A stretch of 64,000 nucleotides of DNA from Eledone cirrhosa (Eukaryota): contig OZ024740.1 in assembly GCA_964016885.1 (NCBI GenBank), forward strand, positions 238,080,001 through 238,144,000, given 5' to 3'. Below the pieces are notes generated by a model. The model was not told where the DNA came from, did no database searches, and worked only from the letters and a program-made list of their open reading frames with translations. The translations under genes were made by a program, and so were the position numbers. Position 1 is the stretch's first letter. Each line of letters opens with the position of its first letter. This document shows, piece after piece, positions 14,400-27,200 of the stretch.

Positions 14400-15180
14400 T
14401 GGTATATGATGTAAGATTTTGTCGGTTACCTTGTTTATCAGGCCCAGTGATTCAAATATAACTGGGATAGTGATGGCTTTCATACACCACATTTTTTAAA
14501 TCTCTATATCACCTTTCTTCAAGGACAGTTTTGCACACTTATCGAGACTAAAATCCATGCCTATGTCATCGCTAAAATGTTTACTGTCTTCAGCAGACTT
14601 TCTAATTTATTATCATCATTAGTGAAGAGCTAAAGATCATCCATATAGAAGAGATGGCTGAAAAGGCTTTCTTTAATTTTGTAGCCATATATAGAATTCC
14701 TTAGTTCATGAGAAAGGGAGATTAATGCTATATAGAAAAGGAGAGGGGACAGTGAGTCTTTATGGAATATTCCTCTGTGTATCGAGATTTCTTCTGAATT
14801 TGTTGTCCCTTTGCTGTGTTTCAAGAAAAGAGTTATTGTCCATGAATCCATACTTTTTTTCAAGAAGTTTATAATTATTGAGGATATTTTTTAAAATTCA
14901 AGAGATTAAAGAATCTGTGAGTGGGGGACACTATCAAATGCTTTTTGATAGTCTATCCAAGCTGTGCTGAGACTTCTTTTCAATGTAGAGTAGTTTCTAG
15001 TATAATTTTGTTTATTACTAGTTGGTCCTTGCAACCATATGATGCCCATTTTCATCCCATTTTGCTCTGAAATGAGTACATGAGGCCATTGTTAAAAGTT
15101 TATATGTGGTGGACAGGCATGTTATTAGTGTGTAATTCATCAGTTCCTTCATTTTTAGGTAAGAGGAATATTATAGCAAG
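14400..15180 (-). pseudogene. R4/Dong-like non-LTR RT fragment
   Basis: RGIFHKDSLSPLLF...SHLFYMDDL. Confidence 0.7.
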
Positions 15181-15279
15181 GTTCAGTTGCTGGCTCCGCT
15201 ACTATGTGTAGTGGTATGGATAGCTTAACCTCTGTGAATGCCACTTTCTCTTCAAAATTTTAAACTAGCCATTTTGAAT

Positions 15280-17750
15280 TTGAATTTTTCAAAGAGCTGG
15301 AGAAGAGAAAATAAAAATTTTTGAACAGGCCTAAGTGCTTGTCCAGCGGGAGAAGATATGTGTGACCACTATGATGTGGAAACTGATGAGAGTGTTTTTG
15401 GCTGACCACAGTTGATGTAAATGTGCAAAACTGGATAAAAACTTACTCTGAATGAACCAGCATGTGTCACCAAATGGAAGCCATTTTTATTTTGCAGCGA
15501 GATTGGCCCTGGACCAATTCTTCAATGCTAAGCATGAAGCACATGGGCACATGATACTCGATCCCAAGCAGATGTATATGGCTTTTCAGCAGCACTTTGC
15601 CTGACTATTCAGGAGCAGTGACAGGCCGGATCGCAAGGTTGACTTCACTGCCTATCTCAATGGCCTGCCGTGATTGTGTCGGTGAAGGGGGTGGAGCATT
15701 GTGAAAAGCCAATAACAGCCACTGAGATTCAAGGGGTATTAGCTGACTGCACAAGGGGCAAATTGCCTGGTTTGGATGGTCTACTCTATGAGCTTTACGT
15801 TTACATGCTAGACTTGTTCAATGACCTCTTGGCAGACATCTACTGCAACTGGCAGCAGAACGGGAGAATTCCCAGTTTTGTATGCTGAAAAAAGACTCAA
15901 ACAAGGAGAACAATATAAATAATTTTAGGCCCATAACTCAGCTAAATGCAGAGTACAAAATTTTGGCCAAGGGTTGGTGCTTGTCGTCGGTGGTGTGGTA
16001 TGGGAGACACAGACATGTGCCATTCCCAAGAGATCCATACATGACAACCTCCATCTCATGCAATACATCATAGAGAGTGTGGCTAAAGAACCTGGCATGG
16101 GTAGGGCACTGATCGACTTGGATCAATCCAAAGCATTTGATAGAGTTGAACGTCGGTACCTGGCAGCAGTCCTCAAAGCAGCAGGCTTTGGGCTGGTTTT
16201 CAGAGGAGGGATAGCTGCTATGCACAATGACATCTGCTCTGTGGTCAGATTGAATGGTCACCTCTCGGAACCATTCAACATCTTGCGCTCGGTTCACCAA
16301 GGCTGTCCCCTCTCATCCCTGTTGTATGTATTGACTCTTGAGCCACTACTACACAAATTAGAGACATTGAGAGGCATCCCGTGTAAACTAGAACATGGAA
16401 GATCTGTGTCAGCTTATGCTTATGACGTCACAGTTATACTGTCGAACACCAAACACATTGAGATGATTGATACTGCTCTGAAGGAATACGAAGCACTGAT
16501 GGGAGCAAAAATCGACCAAGAAAAATCTATGTGCTTACAACTCAGCACATGGAAGGGCAGGTCCATGCCGTCCAACAGTGTCATCGGACGTGGGACAGAG
16601 AGGCCAGTTAAATTGCTTTGGGTCTGGTTTGGTCCCGACCTCCAGATGGACAGAAATTGGGATGAAGTGATGAACAGAGTGGCCAATCTCACCCAGAAAT
16701 GGGCTGAGAAAAAACACATTCATTGCATCTGTCATCTACTACCGCTTGACCCAAACCCCATCTGACTGCACTGGAGCCTTTGCTCTACCACTTGTTCTGG
16801 AAGGGAGGCATTCCGATGGTCAGGTAGTACATTTGCTGTCAACACCTACTGCATGGAGGACTGAGAATGCCATGGCTAATGATGCGCAGACATGCACTGA
16901 GGCTACAACATCTCTATCTCTCCCTAAACAGTAAACAGGTGTGGTCACCGTTTAACAGTTGCATATTCTCCCAGTTCATATCCTTAATGGAGCCACAGTC
17001 CTTGGTCAAGCGGTGACTGAGGGAGAGAGCTTGGAAATTGGAATTTCTTCAGGCGCTTAGTTTGTCACCAATCGGGCAATATGATCAGTGGAAACTCCAC
17101 CTTGGCGTTCTATAGAGGGTTAGTGGTGGATAAAAGTTACGATGTTCTTGGGGAAACTCTAGACATCGCTGAAAATTAACTAGCCACTCCTTTAATATTA
17201 ACTAGCCACTCCAATAATTTCCAGAAATCCCTAGCCTGGCAGTGATACTGAGGAGCTTTGTCAGTTCAAGATAAACTCCGCAGGCATGGAAGTGCCATCA
17301 GTCGGGCCTGTCCAAGATGCATGCTGGGTGATGAAACCATTCTGTACGCAATCGTCCAGTGTCCAAGCATTGCTGGATTTATGTCGAACACTTGCTGTCA
17401 CATGTAGGACAAATCTGGTTATCAGCTGGGTGGGTGAGAGAAACGAGCATGGTCCGAGTGAATGGGGCCACTCTGAGTGTGATCCTGTAGATTGGAGGAG
17501 TAGAACTGGGACAGGGCACTTACCCTATGGTTTTATGGGATTTTATGAATGACCCTCATATATTTCCTCCCTATTGAGGAACTTTCTTTATTTTAATTTT
17601 ATTGTTATCTTCTTTTTTTTTAACATTGTTAAAATGTGTTTACATGCAAAACTTACGCATATACACACACTATGTTTTTGTCCTGTACTGCCATAATGTT
17701 TTTCTTGATGTGGACCCTTTGTGGTTAATAAAGAAATCATTATTATTATT
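15280..17750 (+). mobile_element. degraded Tx1/L1-clade LINE
   Basis: KLPGLDGL, FRPITQLNAEYKILAK, DQSKAFDRV, QGCPLS, SAYAYDV; 3' end AATAAAGAAA(TTA)n. Confidence 0.8.
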
Positions 17751-17933
17751 ACATCACTTTTTTCCCAAACATTCATGAAATATCATCACAATTTCATTAA
17801 ATAAAAGAAGAAGAAAAAACATTTCTATTTGCTATCATTCACCATTTTTGTCATTTATTCCTTCACATAAAGTCTTGTGATGACTTTCTTTCTATCTTAG
17901 TTCTATTCCATCAGCTTTTAGTAATATTCTGTG

Positions 17934-17939
<6 letters not shown>

Positions 17940-18007
<68 letters not shown>
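17940..18007. repeat. (CT)n microsatellite
   Basis: direct reading. Confidence 0.95.
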
Positions 18008-18011
<4 letters not shown>

Positions 18012-18681
18012 AAGTTCCAGATAAATATATTGATACTTCATTAATAACTAGTGCCAAACAAATGGAAAATAAATGTCAAGACCTTTTGAAAATATTTTTA
18101 ATTTAATTTCTTTTATATTGAACTTTTAACATTCTAACTAAGTTATATGATCTGTGTAAATTGAGACTTGTGTTTATAAACTAAACAGAAAATTATATAT
18201 ATATATAAAGGTATGCTATTATATGTGTGTGTGTGTTTATGTGAATGTTTATATATGTGTGTGTTTGTGTAGGTGTGGGTGTATGTGCATGCATGTGTAT
18301 GCTCATATAGGACTGTTTGTTGCTGGTTTTCTACAGTTGGGTGCCCTTCCTAACGCCAGCCACATTTACAATGTGGGCTGGGTGCTTTTTGCCATGTCTG
18401 TTACACAACTACTTTACAGTGTGGGCTGGGTGCTTTTTGTCGTGACACTTACACAACCACTTTACAGTGTAGGCTGGATGTTTTGTGGTACCAACATAAT
18501 ATATATATATATACATATATACATATATATAGAATTAAAATACTAGAGTGTGTTGGAGTTAAACAGCCTCTTCATGTTATAGAAATGACAGTATAAGATA
18601 TAGCTCAATGTAATTAAACAGAGCCGAAGAATTATAAAAAATAAACCAAAGAAGCCTTCAATACATCAAAAGTCTTTATTA

Positions 18682-18719
18682 GCCAACAATGTTTCGTCCT
18701 ATTAAGGACTCATCAGGGC
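18682..18719 (-). ncRNA. minimal type I hammerhead ribozyme
   Basis: GCC-CUGAUGA-GUCCU(UAAU)AGGAC-GAAAC(AUU)GUU-GGC. Confidence 0.75.
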
Positions 18720-19752
18720 AAGTAAAGCTACAAGAAGCACTATCGGCCAATACAAGCCAAAAACTCAGAAGACTAGCCAATTTTAATATTAATTAATTTA
18801 AAAAGGTTTTCTAGTCAATTCTCCGGTTTACATTTCTATCTTTTTTTCTTTTACTTAACCGCTTGTGACACCTAAGTAAATATACTTGTTTTTGTTTTTC
18901 GATCTTCGGTTTATTTTATTTATTTTTTTACTACCACACGCTGTCTATCTGATCCATGTAATTTCATTAATATATGTCTGTGTATGTCAACCACGTAAAT
19001 ATATATATTAAGCATTTCCTTAGACTCTGTTTGCTATTTGATATTAACGTTGTTATATCATATCATTTTTATGTAATCGTATTATGAATTTTAATATATG
19101 TCTGTTATTTGAGGTACTGTTCTGTTATATTTAGTAATATTTTGTGATATTTTGGTAATATTTATGCCAATGTAAAATTACTTGACCTCCGTGTATTTGT
19201 TACAATGGTATAGATATTTTTTCAACACAATTTAGTTCTATATGATTTTTTTCTTACCCTGTGTAAAACTTTATACTATTTGTTAACCTTGAATTATATG
19301 TATGATGTAATTTTGTATATCTTTTGATGCCAATATATTATAATATTGTTATTATAATGTTTTTATATTGTTCATGCACACTGACAGGGAATTATATATT
19401 ATATTTTATTTTTATTTTTATCTTTATTCTTATTTTTATCTTTATTATATTATACTGTAAACAATATATATATAGGTTGAAATAAAATGAAAACGAAATT
19501 TCATTTCTCACTCTTAGTATGGCACTTACTTAAATGTAAGTATACGTACATACATATATGTATACAGACGTACAGTAGCATGCACATATATATATATACA
19601 TACAGGTACACATACATATATGCACGCATCAGTTTAGCGGACGCTTATTATAACGCCGCTTTGTTTGTTTGTAAACAAACTGAACAGCCTGAATTTATGC
19701 CATACGGTGTTAAGGCAACCACGTCACCTTTTTGTTCAACACTGACACAGGA

Positions 19753-19795
19753 ACGATGTACTAGTTTCAAGCTTGTTAGCTATCATCAGCACCGT
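19753..19795 (-). ncRNA. minimal type I hammerhead ribozyme
   Basis: ACGGUG-CUGAUGA-U AGCU(AACA)AGCU U-GAAA-CUAG-UA-CAUCGU. Confidence 0.8.
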
Positions 19796-20033
19796 ATACC
19801 CATCTGCCAGATAGTTGAACGTTCGAAAGTATATACTTTCCTTATGAAAATTAACGGCTGAGCAGCCTAATTTGCATATTGAGTGAGTTAAATCGGTCAG
19901 GCATACCGAAAACGATAGGTTGAAATAAAATGAAAACGAAATTTCATTTCTCACTCTTAGTATGGCACTTACTTAATTGTAAGTATGTATGTATACGTAC
20001 ATACATATATGTATACAGACGTACAGTAGCATG

Positions 20034-20103
<70 letters not shown>

Positions 20104-20253
20104 CAGGTACACATACATATATGCACGCATCAGTTTAGCGGACGCTTATTATAACGCCGCTTTGTTCGTTTGTAAACAAACTGAACAGCCTGAATTTATG
20201 CCATACGGTGTTAAGGCAACCACGTCACCTTTTTGTTCAACACTGACACAGGA

Positions 20254-20296
20254 ACGATGTACTAGTTTCAAGCTTGTTAGCTATCATCAGCACCGT
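20254..20296 (-). ncRNA. minimal type I hammerhead ribozyme (second copy)
   Basis: identical to 19753-19795. Confidence 0.8.
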
Positions 20297-20751
20297 ATAC
20301 CCATCTGCCAGATAGTTGAACGTTCGAAAGTATATACTTTCCTTATGAAAATTAACGGCTGAGCAGCCTAATATATATATATTTAAATACTTAATAAGTG
20401 TTAGTTTGTGTTTGTACTAATGTGTATATGTATAGATATATATATATACATATATTAAGCTTTTTATTATCACCATATATTATATTATATTATATTATAT
20501 ATTGTACTGTAATTCTCGCATTATATTACCATTTGTGTTTTAAGTTTTTGCATTATACAATATTTGCAATGTGGGTTCAACATGTTAATCACTTCCTTGC
20601 TATTTGGTCTATATCTATGTTTGTAACTGATCACTCTTAATCTTAGCCAACTTTTCCTTGATATCTTTCCTAAGCTTTAATAGATGTATACTCCATATTC
20701 TTCTGGGTTTTTGGCTTGTATTGGCCGATAGTGCTTCTTGTAGCTTTACTT

Positions 20752-20789
20752 GCCCTGATGAGTCCTTAATAGGACGAAACATTGTTGGC
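20752..20789 (+). ncRNA. minimal type I hammerhead ribozyme
   Basis: GCC-CTGATGA-GTCCT(TAAT)AGGAC-GAAAC(ATT)GTT-GGC. Confidence 0.75.
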
Positions 20790-20916
20790 TAATAAATACT
20801 TTTGATGTATTGAAGGCTTCTTTGGTTTATTTTTTATAATTTTTATAATACATATATATATATATGTTTGCGTATGTTTGTTACCATACACATACATATA
20901 CCATACACATACATAC

Positions 20917-21010
<94 letters not shown>

Positions 21011-21074
21011 CGTCATCATCATCATCGTTTATCGTCTATCTTCCATGCTAGCATATATATATACACACATATAT

Positions 21075-22005
21075 ATCATCATCATCATTTGACATCCATC
21101 TTCCACACTAGCATGGGTAGGATGGATTGACCTTTAGGGAGATAATCAGCTCAGGAGACCATGTTTAGCTCACCCTGGGCAGATTTTGGATTGGCTTCTA
21201 CAGCTGGGTGCCCTTCCTAGTGCTAACAACATTTACAGCATAGCTGGGTGCTTTTTGTCGTGTCACCTATACGACCACATTCCAGTATGGACTGGGCACT
21301 TTTTGTCATGTCACCAACAACCAGTTTACAGTGGGGACTGGACACTTTTGTCTTGGAACTAGGGGTGGGAAAGCTTGGGGAAATTGCGGACATAGGTAAT
21401 AGGGGAGGGATGGTTACCACAAAAGAAGTTGTATGAGAGGGGAGAGGGTTGAGGAAGGTGTTGCCTACTAGATATAAACCTCAGCCTGAGAATAATAGAG
21501 AGCAGGTCTTCTGTAATACTGCATAGCACCAGAGAGGTGTAATTGTACAAGGTCAGCTTTTATTACCTCATCCCAAGTCTTCCTAGGCCTGCCCACTCCA
21601 TGGTTACCATCAACATTGAGCGCTCTGCACTTTTTTATGCAGCTGTAATCCTTCGTACGCATCACATGTCCATACCAATGCAATCCCCTCTCCTGCACAC
21701 AACAACTGATCCCTCTTATGCCTAATTTCTCTCACAGTGTATTTATACTTTTTCTTTCACGTATATTGCTATTGCACATCCAGCAAAGCATGGAGGCTTC
21801 ATTTCTTTCCAATCTTCGCAGATCTTCGGCACACAGTGCCCAGGTCTCGCTGTTGTGCAACATTGCTGTTTGTATATATGCATCATACAGTCTGCCTTTC
21901 ATTTTGAAGGGAAAACCTTTTGTAGTTAGTAATGGTAGTAGCTCCTTGAACTTTCTCCAGCCCGATCTCACTCTGTTTACTGTGCTTTCAGAACACCCTC
22001 CTCAC
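21075..22005 (-). mobile_element. 5'-truncated RTE LINE, 3' end
   Basis: minus ORFs SGWRKFKELLPLL..., WYGHVMR; (CAT)n tail on the left. Confidence 0.9.
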
Positions 22006-22026
22006 TATATATATATATATATATAT

Positions 22027-24288
22027 GAATATAGACATAGAATATTCGAAAATATTCTGTATGTTTATAATAAACATTTTGAAGACCTAATCGCTATAGA
22101 ATAGAATACGTCACGTATTACAATTAGATTCTCGATAAAAGCAAGGGAAGTAATCTACGCGTTTCATTCTCGTTAGAAATCATCAGGACCACATATCCAG
22201 TGCTTTTATCGAGAATGACACAGCTAGAGACTTATAGAATACTTAGCTGTGTACAGGAACTGGTTTGAAAGAGCGGTTGCCGGTCCGGCAGAAATTAGAA
22301 AATGGAATAAATGCTCTGAAATAGCGATATATATGTGAATATAGACATAGAATATTCGAAAATATTCTGTATGTTTATAATAAACATTTTGAAGACCTAA
22401 TCGCTATAGAATAGAATACGTCACGTATTACAATTAGATTCTCGATAAAAGCAAGGGAAGTAATCTACGCGTTTCATTCTCGTTAGAAATCATCAGGACC
22501 ACATATCCAGTGCTTTTATCGAGAATGACACAGCTAGAGACTTATAGAATACTTAGCTGTGTACAGGAACTGGTTTGAAAGAGCGGTTGCCGGTCCGGCA
22601 GAAATTAGAAAATGGAATAAATGCTCTGAAATAGCGATATATATGTGAATATAGACATAGAATATTCGAAAATATTCTGTATGTTTATAATAAACATTTT
22701 GAAGACCTAATCGCTATAGAATAGAATACGTCACGTATTACAATTAGATTCTCGATAAAAGCAAGGGAAGTAATCTACGCGTTTCATTCTCGTTAGAAAT
22801 CATCAGGACCACATATCCAGTGCTTTTATCGAGAATGACACAGCTAGAGACTTATAGAATACTTAGCTGTGTACAGGAACTGGTTTGAAAGAGCGGTTGC
22901 CGGTCCGGCAGAAATTAGAAAATGGAATAAATGCTCTGAAATAGCGATATATATGTGAATATAGACATAGAATATTCGAAAATATTCTGTATGTTTATAA
23001 TAAACATTTTGAAGACCTAATCGCTATAGAATAGAATACGTCACGTATTACAATTAGATTCTCGATAAAAGCAAGGGAAGTAATCTACGCGTTTCATTCT
23101 CGTTAGAAATCATCAGGACCACATATCCAGTGCTTTTATCGAGAATGACACAGCTAGAGACTTATAGAATACTTAGCTGTGTACAGGAACTGGTTTGAAA
23201 GAGCGGTTGCCGGTCCGGCAGAAATTAGAAAATGGAATAAATGCTCTGAAATAGCGATATATATGTGAATATAGACATAGAATATTCGAAAATATTCTGT
23301 ATGTTTATAATAAACATTTTGAAGACCTAATCGCTATAGAATAGAATACGTCACGTATTACAATTAGATTCTCGATAAAAGCAAGGGAAGTAATCTACGC
23401 GTTTCATTCTCGTTAGAAATCATCAGGACCACATATCCAGTGCTTTTATCGAGAATGACACAGCTAGAGACTTATAGAATACTTAGCTGTGTACAGGAAC
23501 TGGTTTGAAAGAGCGGTTGCCGGTCCGGCAGAAATTAGAAAATGGAATAAATGCTCTGAAATAGCGATATATATGTGAATATAGACATAGAATATTCGAA
23601 AATATTCTGTATGTTTATAATAAACATTTTGAAGACCTAATCGCTATAGAATAGAATACGTCACGTATTACAATTAGATTCTCGATAAAAGCAAGGGAAG
23701 TAATCTACGCGTTTCATTCTCGTTAGAAATCATCAGGACCACATATCCAGTGCTTTTATCGAGAATGACACAGTTAGAGACTTATAGAATACTTAGCTGT
23801 GTACAGGAACTGGTTTGAAAGAGCGGTTGCCGGTCCGGCAGAAATTAGAAAATGGAATAAATGCTCTGAAATAGCGATATATATGTGAATATAGACATAG
23901 AATATTCGAAAATATTCTGTATGTTTATAATAAACATTTTGAAGACCTAATCGCTATAGAATAGAATACGTCACGTATTACAATTAGATTCTCGATAAAA
24001 GCAAGGGAAGTAATCTACGCGTTTCATTCTCGTTAGAAATCATCAGGACCACATATCCAGTGCTTTTATCGAGAATGACACAGCTAGAGACTTATAGAAT
24101 ACTTAGCTGTGTACAGGAACTGGTTTGAAAGAGCGGTTGCCGGTCCGGCAGAAATTAGAAAATGGAATAAATGCTCTGAAATAGCGATATATATGTGAAT
24201 ATAGACATAGAATATTCGAAAATATTCTGTATGTTTATAATAAACATTTTGAAGACCTAATCGCTATAGAATAGAATACGTCACGTTT
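22027..24288 (-). repeat. 310-bp tandem array, left arm (7.3 units, 7 hammerheads on minus strand)
   Basis: unit starts 22027, 22337 ... 24197; hammerhead at 22150-22192 + 310k; one substitution seen (23774). Confidence 0.95.
22150..22192 (-). ncRNA. minimal type I hammerhead ribozyme (first left-arm copy)
   Basis: reverse complement of 24468-24510. Confidence 0.8.
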
Positions 24289-27200
24289 TACAGAATATTT
24301 TCGAATATTCTATGTCTATATTCACATATATATCGCTATTTCAGAGCATTTATTCCATTTTCTAATTTCTGCCGGACCGGCAACCGCTCTTTCAAACCAG
24401 TTCCTGTACACAGCTAAGTATTCTATAAGTCTCTAGCTGTGTCATTCTCGATAAAAGCACTGGATATGTGGTCCTGATGATTTCTAACGAGAATGAAACG
24501 CGTAGATTACTTCCCTTGCTTTTATCGAGAATCTAATTGTAATACGTGACGTATTCTATTCTATAGCGATTAGGTCTTCAAAATGTTTATTATAAACATA
24601 CAGAATATTTTCGAATATTCTATGTCTATATTCACATATATATCGCTATTTCAGAGCATTTATTCCATTTTCTAATTTCTGCCGGACCGGCAACCGCTCT
24701 TTCAAACCAGTTCCTGTACACAGCTAAGTATTCTATAAGTCTCTAGCTGTGTCATTCTCGATAAAAGCACTGGATATGTGGTCCTGATGATTTCTAACGA
24801 GAATGAAACGCGTAGATTACTTCCCTTGCTTTTATCGAGAATCTAATTGTAATACGTGACGTATTCTATTCTATAGCGATTAGGTCTTCAAAATGTTTAT
24901 TATAAACATACAGAATATTTTCGAATATTCTATGTCTATATTCACATATATATCGCTATTTCAGAGCATTTATTCCATTTTCTAATTTCTGCCGGACCGG
25001 CAACCGCTCTTTCAAACCAGTTCCTGTACACAGCTAAGTATTCTATAAGTCTCTAGCTGTGTCATTCTCGATAAAAGCACTGGATATGTGGTCCTGATGA
25101 TTTCTAACGAGAATGAAACGCGTAGATTACTTCCCTTGCTTTTATCGAGAATCTAATTGTAATACGTGACGTATTCTATTCTATAGCGATTAGGTCTTCA
25201 AAATGTTTATTATAAACATACAGAATATTTTCGAATATTCTATGTCTATATTCACATATATATCGCTATTTCAGAGCATTTATTCCATTTTCTAATTTCT
25301 GCCGGACCGGCAACCGCTCTTTCAAACCAGTTCCTGTACACAGCTAAGTATTCTATAAGTCTCTAGCTGTGTCATTCTCGATAAAAGCACTGGATATGTG
25401 GTCCTGATGATTTCTAACGAGAATGAAACGCGTAGATTACTTCCCTTGCTTTTATCGAGAATCTAATTGTAATACGTGACGTATTCTATTCTATAGCGAT
25501 TAGGTCTTCAAAATGTTTATTATAAACATACAGAATATTTTCGAATATTCTATGTCTATATTCACATATATATCGCTATTTCAGAGCATTTATTCCATTT
25601 TCTAATTTCTGCCGGACCGGCAACCGCTCTTTCAAACCAGTTCCTGTACACAGCTAAGTATTCTATAAGTCTCTAGCTGTGTCATTCTCGATAAAAGCAC
25701 TGGATATGTGGTCCTGATGATTTCTAACGAGAATGAAACGCGTAGATTACTTCCCTTGCTTTTATCGAGAATCTAATTGTAATACGTGACGTATTCTATT
25801 CTATAGCGATTAGGTCTTCAAAATGTTTATTATAAACATACAGAATATTTTCGAATATTCTATGTCTATATTCACATATATATCGCTATTTCAGAGCATT
25901 TATTCCATTTTCTAATTTCTGCCGGACCGGCAACCGCTCTTTCAAACCAGTTCCTGTACACAGCTAAGTATTCTATAAGTCTCTAGCTGTGTCATTCTCG
26001 ATAAAAGCACTGGATATGTGGTCCTGATGATTTCTAACGAGAATGAAACGCGTAGATTACTTCCCTTGCTTTTATCGAGAATCTAATTGTAATACGTGAC
26101 GTATTCTATTCTATAGCGATTAGGTCTTCAAAATGTTTATTATAAACATACAGAATATTTTCGAATATTCTATGTCTATATTCACATATATATCGCTATT
26201 TCAGAGCATTTATTCCATTTTCTAATTTCTGCCGGACCGGCAACCGCTCTTTCAAACCAGTTCCTGTACACAGCTAAGTATTCTATAAGTCTCTAGCTGT
26301 GTCATTCTCGATAAAAGCACTGGATATGTGGTCCTGATGATTTCTAACGAGAATGAAACGCGTAGATTACTTCCCTTGCTTTTATCGAGAATCTAATTGT
26401 AATACGTGACGTATTCTATTCTATAGCGATTAGGTCTTCAAAATGTTTATTATAAACATACAGAATATTTTCGAATATTCTATGTCTATATTCACATATA
26501 TATCGCTATTTCAGAGCATTTATTCCATTTTCTAATTTCTGCCGGACCGGCAACCGCTCTTTCAAACCAGTTCCTGTACACAGCTAAGTATTCTATAAGT
26601 CTCTAGCTGTGTCATTCTCGATAAAAGCACTGGATATGTGGTCCTGATGATTTCTAACGAGAATGAAACGCGTAGATTACTTCCCTTGCTTTTATCGAGA
26701 ATCTAATTGTAATACGTGACGTATTCTATTCTATAGCGATTAGGTCTTCAAAATGTTTATTATAAACATACAGAATATTTTCGAATATTCTATGTCTATA
26801 TTCACATATATATCGCTATTTCAGAGCATTTATTCCATTTTCTAATTTCTGCCGGACCGGCAACCGCTCTTTCAAACCAGTTCCTGTACACAGCTAAGTA
26901 TTCTATAAGTCTCTAGCTGTGTCATTCTCGATAAAAGCACTGGATATGTGGTCCTGATGATTTCTAACGAGAATGAAACGCGTAGATTACTTCCCTTGCT
27001 TTTATCGAGAATCTAATTGTAATACGTGACGTATTCTATTCTATAGCGATTAGGTCTTCAAAATGTTTATTATAAACATACAGAATATTTTCGAATATTC
27101 TATGTCTATATTCACATATATATCGCTATTTCAGAGCATTTATTCCATTTTCTAATTTCTGCCGGACCGGCAACCGCTCTTTCAAACCAGTTCCTGTACA

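Larger units (their letters stand above)
19472..20372 (-). mobile_element. ~443-bp tandem dimer (retrozyme-like), each unit with a hammerhead
   Basis: 19472-19871 is repeated at 19915-20372 (second copy has an expanded TA tract); flanked by (TA)n. Confidence 0.75.
18630..20841. mobile_element. ~143-bp inverted repeats (18630-18772 / 20699-20841), each carrying a hammerhead; Penelope-like pseudo-LTR pair
   Basis: arms are reverse complements with a few mismatches. Confidence 0.75.
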
